The notes below the pieces were generated by a model that saw only the letters and a list, made by a program, of their open reading frames with translations, was not told where the DNA came from and ran no database searches. Of a stretch of DNA of 64,000 nucleotides, positions 47,201 to 59,200 are shown one piece after another. Source of the DNA: Macrostomum hystrix (lineage: Eukaryota > Animalia > Platyhelminthes); assembly GCA_950097015.1 (NCBI GenBank), contig CATNEN010000001.1, positions 8,618,001-8,682,000 on the forward strand, written 5' to 3'. Every line of letters begins with the position of its first letter. The first letter of the stretch is position 1. The translations under genes were made by a program, and so were the position numbers.

Positions 47201-50200
47201 AGGATTGCAACTGCCATTTTAGTTACCATTCTTGCTACGATTCCTGCTGCCATTCTAGCTACGATTCCTGCTGCGATTCTAGCTACGATTCCTACTACCA
47301 TTCTAGCTGCCATTCTAGCTACGATTCCTGCTGCCATTCTAGCTACGATTCCTGCTGCCATTCTAGCTACGATTCCTGCTGCCATTCTAAATACGATTCC
47401 TGCTGCCATTCTAGCTACGATTCCTGCTGCCATTCTAGCTACGATTCCTGCTGCCATTCTAGCTACGATTCCTGCTGCCATTCTAGCTACGATTCCTGCT
47501 GCCATTCTAGCTACGATTCCTGCTGCCATTCTAGCTACGATTCCTGCTGCCATTCTAGCTACGATTCCTGCTGCCATTCTAGCTACGATTGCTGCTGCCC
47601 TTCTAGCTACGATTCCTGCTGCCATTCTAACTACGATTCCTGCTGCCATTCTAGCTACGATTCCTGCTGCCATTCTAGCTACGATTCCTGCTGCCATTCT
47701 AGCTACGATTCCTGCTGCCATTCTAGCTACGATTCCAGCTGCCATTGTAGCTACGATTCTAGCTGCCATTCTAGCTACGATTCCAGCTGCCATTCTAGCT
47801 ACGATTCCAGCTGCCATTCTAGCTACGATTCCTGCTGCCATTCTAAATACGATTCCTGCTGCCATTCTAGCTACGATTGCTGCTGCCCTTCTAGCTACGA
47901 TTTCTGCTGCCATTCTAGCTACGATTCCTTCTGCCATTCTAGCTACGATTCCTGCTGCCATTCTAGCTACGATTCCTGCTGCCATTCTAGCTACGATTCC
48001 TGCTGCCATTCTAGCTACGATTCCAGCTGCCATTGTAGCTACGATTCTAGCTGCCATTCTAGCTACGATTCCAGCTGCCATTCTAGCTACGATTCCAGCT
48101 GCCATTCTAGCTACGATTCCTGCTGCCATTCTAAATACGATTCCTGCTGCCATTCTAGCTACGATTGCTGCTGCCCTTCTAGCTACGATTTCTGCTGCCA
48201 TTCTAGCTACGATTCCTTCTGCCATTCTAGCTACGATTCCTGCTGCCATTCTAGCTACGATTCCTGCTGCCATTCTAGCTACGATTCCTGCTGCCATTCT
48301 AGCTACGATTCCTGCTGCCATTCTAGCTACGATTCCTGCTGCCATTCTAGCTACGATTCCTGCTGCCATTCTAGCTACGATTCCTGCTGCCATTCTAGCT
48401 ACGATTGCTGCTGCCCTTCTAGCTACGATTCCTGCTGCCATTCTAACTACGATTCCTGCTGCCATTCTAGCTACGATTCCTGCTGCCATTCTAGCTACGA
48501 TTCCTGCTGCCATTCTAGCTACGATTCCTGCTGCCATTCTAGCTACGATTCCAGCTGCCATTGTAGCTACGATTCTAGCTGCCATTCTAGCTACGATTCC
48601 AGCTGCCATTCTAGCTACGATTCCAGCTGCCATTCTAGCTACGATTCCTGCTGCCATTCTAAATACGATTCCTGCTGCCATTCTAGCTACGATTGCTGCT
48701 GCCCTTCTAGCTACGATTTCTGCTGCCATTCTAGCTACGATTCCTTCTGCCATTCTAGCTACGATTCCTGCTGCCATTCTAGCTACGATTCCTGCTGCTA
48801 TTCTAGCTAAGATTCCTGCTGCCATTTTAGCTACGATTCCTGCTGCCATTCTAGCTACGATTCCTGCTGCCATTCTAACTACGATTCCTGCTGCCATTCT
48901 AGCTACGATTCCTGCTGCCATTCTAGCTACGATTCCTGCTGCCATTCTAGCTACGATTCCAGCTGCCATTCTAGCTACGATTCTAGCTGCCATTCTAGCT
49001 ACGATTCCTGCTGCCATTCTAGCTACGATTCCTGCTGCCATTCTAGCTACGATTCCTGCTGCCATTCTAGCTACGATTCCTGCTGCCATTCTAGCTACGA
49101 TTTCTGCTGCCATTCTAGCTACGATTCCTTCTGCCATTCTAGCTACGATTCCTGCTGCCATTCTAGCTACGATTCCTGCTGCCATTCTAGCTACGATTCC
49201 TGCTGCCATTCTAGCTACGATTCCTGCTGCCATTCTAGCTACGATTCCTGCTGCCATTCTAGCTACGATTCCTGCTGCCATTCTAGCTACGATTCCTGCT
49301 GCCATTCTAGCTACGATTGCTGCTGCCCTTCTAGCTACGATTCCTGCTGCCATTCTAACTACGATTCCTGCTGCCATTCTAGCTACGATTCCTGCTGCCA
49401 TTCTAGCTACGATTCCTGCTGCCATTCTAGCTACGATTCCTGCTGCCATTCTAGCTACGATTCCAGCTGCCATTGTAGCTACGATTCTAGCTGCCATTCT
49501 AGCTACGATTCCAGCTGCCATTCTAGCTACGATTCCAGCTGCCATTCTAGCTACGATTCCTGCTGCCATTCTAAATACGATTCCTGCTGCCATTCTAGCT
49601 ACGATTGCTGCTGCCCTTCTAGCTACGATTTCTGCTGCCATTCTAGCTACGATTCCTTCTGCCATTCTAGCTACGATTCCTGCTGCCATTCTAGCTACGA
49701 TTCCTGCTGCTATTCTAGCTAAGATTCCTGCTGCCATTTTAGCTACGATTCCTGCTGCCATTCTAGCTACGATTCCTGCTGCCATTCTAACTACGATTCC
49801 TGCTGCCATTCTAGCTACGATTCCTGCTGCCATTCTAGCTACGATTCCTGCTGCCATTCTAGCTACGATTCCAGCTGCCATTCTAGCTACGATTCTAGCT
49901 GCCATTCTAGCTACGATTCCTGCTGCCATTCTAGCTACGATTCCTGCTGCCATTCTAGCTACGATTCCTGCTGCCATTCTAGCTACGATTCCTGCTGCCA
50001 TTCTAGCTTCGATTCTAGCTGCCATTCTAGCTACGATTCCTGCTGCCATTCTAGCTACGATTCCTGCTGCCATTCTAGCTACGATTCCTGCTGCCATTCT
50101 AGCTTCGATTCTAGCTGCCATTCTAGCTACGATTCCTGCTGCCATTCTAGCTACGATTCCTGCTGCCATTCTAGCTTCGATTCTAGCTGCCATTCTAGCT

Positions 50201-53200
50201 ACGATTCCTGCTGCCATTCTAGCTTCGATTCTAGCTGCCATTCTAACTACGATTCCTGCTGCCCTTCTAGCTTCGATTCTAGCTGCCATTCTAGCTACGA
50301 TTCCTGCTGCCATTCTAACTACGATTCCTGCTGCCATTCTAGCTGCCATTCTAGTTACGATTCCTGCTGCCCTTCTAGCTACGATCCAGCTGCCATTCTA
50401 GCTACGATTCCTGCTGCCATTCTAGCTACGATTCCTGCTGCCATTCTAGCTTCGATTCTAGCTGCCATTCTAGCTTCGATTCTAGCTGCCATTCTAGCTA
50501 CGATTCCTGCTGCCATTCTAGCTACGATTCCTGCTGCCATTCTAGCTACGATCCAGCTGCCATTCTAGCTACGATTCCTGCTGCCATTCTAGCTACGATT
50601 CCTGCTGCCATTCTAGCTACGATTCCTGCTGCCATTCTAGCTTCGATTCTAGCTGCCATTCTAGCTTCGATTCTAGCTGCCATTCTAGCTACGATTCCTG
50701 CTGCCATTCTAGCTACGATTCCTGCTGCCATTCTAACTATGATTCCTGCTGCCATTCTAGCTTCGATTCTAGCTGCCATTCTAGCTACGATTCCTGCTGC
50801 CATTCTAGCTACGATTCCTGCTGCCATTTTAACTACGATTCATGCTACCCTTCTAGCTTCGATTCTAGCTGCCATTCTAGCTACGATTCCTGCTGCCATT
50901 CTAACTACGATTCCTGCTGCCATTCTAGCTGCCATTCTAGTTACGATTCCTGCTGCCATTCTAGCTACGATCCAGCTGCCATTCTAGCTACGATTCCTGC
51001 TGCCATTCTAGCTACGATTCCTGCTGCCATTCTAGCTACGATTCCTGCTGCCATTCTAGCTTCGATTCTAGCTGCCAATCTAGCTTCGATTCTAGCTGCC
51101 ATTCTAGCTACGATTCCTGCTGCCATTCTAACTACGATTCCTGCTGCCCTTCTAGCTTCGATTCTAGCTGCCATTCTAGCTACGATTCCTGCTGCCATTC
51201 TAGCTTCGATTCTAGCTGCCATTCTAGCTACGATTCCTGCTGCCATTCTAACTACGATTCCTGCTGCCATTCTAGCTTCGATTCTAGCTGCCATTCTAGC
51301 TACGATTCCTGCTGCCATTCTAACTACGATTCCTGCTGCCATTCTAGCTTCGATTCCAGCTGCCATTCTAGCTACGATTCCTGCTGCCATTCTAGCTTCG
51401 ATTCTAGCTGCCATTCTAGCTACGATTCCTGCTGCCATTCTAACTACGATTCCTGCTGCCATTCTAGCTTCGATTCTAGCTGCCATTCTAGCTACGATTC
51501 CTGCTGCCATTCTAACTACGATTCCTGCTGCCATTCTAGCTTCGATTCTAGCTGCCATTCTAGCTACGATTCCTGCTGCCATTCTAGCTACGATTCCTGC
51601 TGCCATTCTAACTATGATTCCTGCTGCCATTCTAGCTTCGATTCTAGCTGCCATTCTAGCTACGATTCCTGCTGCCATTCTAGCTACGATTCCTGCTGCC
51701 ATTCTAGCTACGATTCCTGCTGCCATTCTAACTACGATTCCTGCTGCCCTTCTAGCTTCGATTCTAGCTGCCATTCTAGCTACGATTCCTGCTGCCATTC
51801 TAACTACGATTCCTGCTGCCATTCTAGCTACGATTCCTGCTGCCATTCTAGCTACGATTCCTGCTGCCATTCTAGCTTCGATTCTAGCTGCCATTCTAGC
51901 TACGATTCCAGCTGCCATTCTAGCTACGATTCCTGCTGCCATTCTAGCTACGATTCCTGTTGCCATTCTATCTACGATTCCCGCTGCCATTCTAGCTTCG
52001 ATTCTAGCTACGATTCCTGCTACCATTCTAGCTACGATTCCAGCTGCCATTCTAGCTACGATTCCAGCTGCCATTCTAGCTAAGATTCAAACTGCAGTTC
52101 TAGTTTTGTCTTGTTATACTGTATAAAGCAACACATTAAAATCGAATGGCAAACCTCAATGCCCTCTTTATTAATGACTGAGCTGTCCATATTGACGATG
52201 GCCACTTTGATAGTGCGCGGCGGAGGCAGGACAGTCATGCCGATGTTGATGGCGTTGGAACGCTTCGGATCCAAGATTAGAATCTCTTTTCGGCTTGTCG
52301 CTTCGGCCTTCTACAAATTGAATTAATTTTGAAGAAAACAATCTTGATTTACACTACTTAAAGTAGAAATGTCAGAGCTTTTTGTTACAAAGGGTTAGAC
52401 GGTGAAACACCGGAATAGATGAATTTTTCCGAGGTTAACGAAATTATTTCTTGTCGGTTTTCTTAATTATTACTGACTTTGTAGCGAATTAAGCAAGCCC
52501 AAGCAAAAAAATATATAATTTATCTGTAATACGACCAGCGCTTGTCATGGTAAATTTATCTATCAGATTTAAGTCAAACTTTAAAAAATGTAAACCATAT
52601 TACTAAATAAATTACAGATAAGTACAAGTATTTAATGTTAAACAAGCACGCAAGCATCACATAGAAAATTAGTACAGAAAATATTTTAACCAGCCGATTA
52701 AATTAGAAATTTTCCACTTGAAATAAAAAAGAAAATATGACAAAGTATTTATACTTACAATTTCCTAAAAAATCAAAGAAAACAATCAAATACAATTTGG
52801 GTAAGTGGTATTAAGTGTCTGTTATTTAAGCAAAAGGATAGTTGAAAGAAACGCAAACACAAGAATTCTCGCAACGTAACATAGAAACAGGTGAAAAAGT
52901 CGGTTATTTTTTAGATTTTTTAATAATAGGATAAATTTAACGGTTGACGAACTGTCATTACGAAAGAAAAAATGTATTTAGGAAGAAAAATTAGGATAAA
53001 GCATTATATATTTGCAGTTATTTTCTCGAAAACTATGTAAATTCTGCGTAATAACTAGACTACTTTTTGAAAAAAAACTAACAGTAGTGTGTAGTTTTTT
53101 ATTTTACATTTTTAATCTAAAAAATGCTGACTAAATCAAAAGTGACGAATGACTAGTCGAAAAAAGATAGCTCTTTAAAAAAGGGAAGTTTTGAAATGAC

Positions 53201-56200
53201 AGGCTGTTGTTTAGGTAAAACAAACCTACCCGGTTTTGCTGGAAGATTTCAAGAGAAAAAGCAAGTGTTGCTTATGTAGGAATGTACGAATGCTCGTAGA
53301 TAGTAGTAAAATATGCACTTTTTTAAAACGCGCTACTCAAAGTAATATTACAAGGAAACCTAAGTTATTATTGTTAATCTATTTTTAGGAATGAGTCATG
53401 GTGACTCATATGCTATTTTTAGAAACAAAGAAGTCATGGTGACTCATATGCTATTTTTAGAAACAAAGAAACTGGGAACCGGTTCTCGACAGTTGTATTG
53501 CTTATACTCCCATATATGGTAATGCTCACTTGAAACCCCACAGAACGCAGCTAAACAAACAAGTTTAACCACGCTGTGCAAATTTGTAGGCCCTAAGTAA
53601 ACACCCGGTTCTAAACCTATTTTCCCCAAACATTTACTACAGACTTGGAGCGGTCCACCGGACTTCAAGGAAGCTTTAAGAAGACGAGGACTCATTCATG
53701 AGGGAAAGACAAGTGGTAAGCTAGTGGTTACTAGACAGAGTTATCTATTGCTAGCAATCGTTGTTGAATTGAACTAAGTTTACGAGAGCCACATACCGTC
53801 GATACAGTTGAGAAAGGCCTCTTGTTTCCTAGGATACATTCCTAGAGGATTGTTGATTGATTTGAGTTATCCGTTATCTTTCGATAACGAAGAAGACGCC
53901 CTTCAGGAGGACCTTCAGAGTTCAGATTTCACTAGGGCGCATGTTTCTATTGTGAATTCCGAGCTCGAGGAAACCGACAAGTAATCTGATTCGCTCTCGC
54001 CCTTTATTGGCCAACAGATAAACTCAAGCAGCTGCCAAGAAGACAAAGAAGACAAGACTACAAAGACTCAAGAAACACAGACTCGAAACCTCACTGTCGA
54101 CCAGAATAAGAAGAAGAAGAACAAGGACTACAAGGACCCAGAAGACTACACTACTTAAGGAAGAAGAAGCAACTGCAGTAAGTGTCACGTGACTGTTATG
54201 AATTCCTCGAATGTGCCTGATCAACACACAATGGTCTTCAGGAAATATAGTCACTGTTTAAAATTGTATTATGTTAATTAAATGTACAGTTTTCTATAAA
54301 TTCAAACAATTTTTTGTACAAAAGAAAATCTACAGGTAATTAATTAGCAATAAGAGGTAAGTAAAGCAAATTATACTTTCTTGATTATCTTAAAAAAATA
54401 ATAGTTTAAAATTAATTCAAGATTGTAAAAAATCAATGAATTTCGAACAAAAAAATCTTTTTTTTATACGAAAATTTATGCTCAAAATTGGCACGGAAAG
54501 CAATTTGCTATTTTTTACCAAAAGCGATTCAGAATCTGCAAGCAAATTTGTTCTCATTATTTTAATTGTTTTTTTTTACAGAATAAACACACTGATTTAA
54601 TAATCAAGATAATAAACTAATCATTTTTATATCACATAATTAGAATAATGCTTTCGCACCTCAGATTTCGATTCCTGCAAAAAAGATTTCATAATTTGAT
54701 AAATAGTTATAAAATGGCTGCATAGTTAGTAAAACTAACGATTTTATACTTTGCATTCTAGAGACAATTCAAATACCTACTGAGGGCCGGATTGATATGA
54801 TGCATAGATAGATATAAGACAGGAAATGAGCGAGGATATGAGACACGCGTGAGAAATGAGAAACAGGAGAGATGAGACACGAAAGAGATAAAACACGGGT
54901 GAGAGACAAGACACTGGTGAGAGATAAGATACGGGAGAGATAAGACACGGGTGAGATGAGAAACGGGTGAGATTAGACACGGGAGAGATGAGACACGGGT
55001 TAGATGAGACTGGGAGAGATGAGACACGGGTGAGATGAGACACGGGTGAGATGAGACACGGGTGAGATGAGACACGGGAGAGATGAGACACGGGTGAGAT
55101 GAGACACGGGAGAGATAAGACACGGAGGAGATGAGACACAGGAGAGATAAGACACGGAGGTGATGAGACACGGGAGAGATGAGACACGGGAGAGATGAGA
55201 CACGGGTGAGATGAGAAACGGGAGAGATGAGACACGGGTGAGATGAGACACGGGTTAGATGAGACTGGGAGAGATGAGACACGGGTGAGATGAGACACGG
55301 GTGAGATGAGACACGGGAGAGATGAGACACGGGTGAGATGAGACACGGGAGAGATAAGACACGGAGGAGATGAGACACAGGAGAGATAAGACACGGAGGT
55401 GATGAGACACGGGAGAGATGAGACACGGGAGAGATGAGACACGGGTGAGATGAGAAACGGGAGAGATGAGACACGGGTGAGATGAGACACGGGTTAGATG
55501 AGACTGGGAGAGATGAGACACGGGTGAGATGAGACACGGGTGAGATGAGACACGGGAGAGATGAGACACGGGAGAGATGAGACACGGGTGAGATGAGACA
55601 CGGGAGAGATAAGACACGGAGGAGATGAGACACAGGAGAGATAAGACACGGAGGTGATGAGACACGGGAGAGATGAGACACGGGAGAGATGAGACACGGG
55701 TGAGATGAGAAACGGGAGAGATGAGACACGGGTGAGATGAGACACGGGTTAGATGAGACTGGGAGAGATGAGACACGGGTGAGATGAGACACGGGTGAGA
55801 TGAGACACGGGAGAGATGAGACACGGGTGAGATGAGACACGGGAGAGATAAGACACGGAGGAGATGAGACACAGGAGAGATAAGACACGGAGGTGATGAG
55901 ACACGGGAGAGATGAGACACGGGAGAGATGAGACACGGGTGAGATGAGAAACGGGAGAGATGAGACACGGGTGAGATGAGACACGGGTTAGATGAGACTG
56001 GGAGAGATGAGACACGGGTGAGATGAGACACGGGTGAGATGAGACACGGGAGAGATGAGATACAGGAGAGATGAGACACGGGAGAGATGAGAAACGGGAG
56101 AGATGAGACACGGGTGAGATGAGACACGGGTGAGATGAGACACGGGAGAGATGAGACACGGGTGAGATGAGACACGGGTGAGATGAGACACGGGAGAGAT

Positions 56201-59200
56201 GAGAGACGGGAGAGATGAGACACGGGAGAGATGAGAAACGGGAGAGATGAGACTGGGACAGACTAGGGAGGTGGTCAAGCTGGACAACATCCATAATGTG
56301 TTCTAAAAAATTGTTCAATTTAGTAAGCTACTCTCTAATTTTTTAGTAAACTTCTAATTTCATAATAAAAGCAATTTTTAAGCAACTAAGTATTTAATAC
56401 AATCTAAAGCGATTATTAAAAAGCCATGCAAAGAAGACTAAAGCGAAATTGTCAAACGCCTCTCACCTTAACCTTGACCTCGTTGACCTTGGCTTCGAAG
56501 AGGGACTCGAGTTTGTCTGGCTCCAGTCGTACCTGCATCAGGCGGTCCCACAGGGTGTCAGTGGCAGGTCTGCCAGCTATCGGCTGTCTAAGATTGTGAG
56601 CCAATTCGCGCCAATGCAGTCGAACCGTCTTGCGACTCTTGGCGTGGCCCAGACCCGTGCCCGGCGGCGGAGGGCCTTGGCGACCGACGTGCCAAGCTGC
56701 GGCGCCGCCACCGGCTGGCGGCTTTGGCGGTCGGGCGCCACCGGGTGGCGGCGGTGGCGGCGGCGGCGGAGGCGGAGGCGGCGGACCGCCAAAGCCACCA
56801 CCAGGCGGTGGAGGTGGCGGCGGCGGTGGCGGCGGCGGTGGCGGCGGCGGGCCGAAGCCCGGAGGCGGAGGCGGCGGTCCGGCGCCAGTCAGCGTGGCCA
56901 GTTTCGGTCTGGTCACATCTTCCTCGTCGGAGGAGTGCAAATCGGCAAAGTCGCGATCATTTACCTGGGATAATGAGGGGATAACATTGGGATAATTTAG
57001 CTACAGTAAGGTTAAATTAAATGTTAAAGACACACCTAAAAACATAAAACAACTCCAAGGAGGGTGATTATCAGTTTGGCTCTCGCACCAAGGTCCCAGA
57101 GCTCGATTCCGCGGCGAGGCCACAATCATTTGGGGTACAGCCGCGGAGAGAAGGCATAGGGACTTGTCTGGCAGTTTACGCCCTTGAGGGTCAACCTCCA
57201 AGGCACAGTGAGAGTGTACACTGTTTGACGATGAGAAAGTCAGGACAGATGTACACACCCGTGTGAGCGAGTGCCTGCGTACGGTATCTGTGTGAGTGTG
57301 TGCTCAGGAGTCAGCGGAATGGGCAGAATTGCCTCCTCGCTGGCTGCGGGTCTAGTGTCACTAAATGATGTGTCATAAGCTTAAAATACTTCGAACTCCA
57401 AAATATCTCTTAGAAACCTAAAAAAATCCAATAGATAATCAATCATTCTTCAATCTATATTCTATCACTAAGTCCATCAAATCAAACTACTGCACTCACC
57501 TGCAGTCTATGCGACCGTCTGCATTCTTGCTCCAGTGCCTCCCATAGCACCTCCAATTCGGTCTTTGGTTTCACCACTTTTGGCGTCGGCTGCGGAGACG
57601 TCACAGTATCTAAGGACGCTTTGACGTTGGCAGCGGACGTTGGCGGCGGACCGAGAGGTACAGACAGCGACTGGGCCGCTGAAATATAAAAAACAACACT
57701 ATGCTTTAGTTATTGCTGACAGTAGCCAGTTTTCAGTCAGGAATCGACGCCTCAACCAACATGCAAATATCATATTTCAGGACAATGCAAAAAAATGCAA
57801 CAATGGCCAAACCATCAAAATCGTTGCCAACATCGACGCAGCCCTCGACAATCTCCAATTCCGAATAAGCCTCAGTCGACTTTGCCCGACTGTCGCCAGC
57901 CAAATTGTCGTCATCAATCAGCTCTTGACGACTATAGAATCGGGACATGAGTTCGTCGAATTTTCCTACACTCTCCTCGACTTCCTTGCATTGTGAAATA
58001 TCGAAGCCGGATTTGGTAGAACTGCTCGCATCCTGATTGGACGGCACCTCAGAATCGTCGGTTTCGCTATCTTCTAGACAGCTGTAGAATCTCTTCATCA
58101 TTCTATCGTAGGCCGGGTCGGATTCCACCGCCCCGCCGGCTGCGCCGCTAAATTCGTTTCTATCATCGGCGTCGTCTTGAACAACTTCGCCCAATTGTGG
58201 AGCTGAAGATGTTCGCTGCAGCGAAGATTGCTGCTCTTCTTCGATGGCAGTTCGATTGACAGGTTCCTTGTCTGGCTCATTGTCAGTTTCTTGAGTTAAA
58301 TCCAACTGGCTCGCATAAAAGCTCTTCATCAGGCGATCGAATTTGCCATCGTCCTCAGTCTCCCCTTCGGCCAATATTCGTTCAGATTCAGTTTCTTCCG
58401 GGAGGGATTTCTCTCGCTGCTGCTGTCGGTCTTTCAACTGACTGTCGCCAGTCGAATCGGGTCCGACAACGGCGGCCCTGTAGGAAGGAGTTCGCGACAC
58501 GCCCAACGCACGCCTTGGAGTTTGCTGTTCAATGATTGGCGATGAACACGGAATCGATGCCGGTGACGAAGTGACGTCCTTATCAGCAACAGCAGCAGCA
58601 GCAGCAGTGGCAGACACAGCTGATCTATTCGAGCTATTATGGTTTGAACTCGACATAAATAAACGATTAAAAGCGCCCGAACTGCTGCTATTGCTTGGTG
58701 TAGAAGAATTCTGTTGCTGCAGCTGCTGCTGCAACTCCAAGCGAGCCATGAGTTCCTCTTGTAGATTACGATTTCTAGATTTCCGAGCCTGAACACTGCG
58801 CGGTAGAGTCCTGACGCCGCCGCTTTCAACATCGCCGCCGGTAGGTGTTGAAAATCGACTACGCCGCTTGACTTCGCTAACGGACACTTTTAAAAATTGG
58901 ATTTCGATTGGTTTGAAATAAAATTAGTAGACTTTTATTGATGAATGGGGATAAAAAGCAGAAAAGCAGACAGCAAATCATGCAATTAAAGCGTCATTGC
59001 CATTTAATTAAGAATTTTATGCTTGATTTATTATAGAAATTGACAAGTTAAACGGAATAACTAATCATTTAGTAGTATCAGTGGTCATATAATTTTATCA
59101 GGCTAAATGCTCGAAAGCAAAAAGCTAATTTTCCTTCACTATCGAGTTATTATTATCCGAATTGCTTACAAAATGTTCGCTCTCTTGCACTGGAAGTATT

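Noticed and set aside
47146-50401. ORFs of over 1000 aa on both strands (MAAGIVAR / IPAAILAT repeats)
   Set aside because: Translation of a 24-bp minisatellite lying wholly within a FHOD intron; a unit length divisible by 3 explains the open frames.
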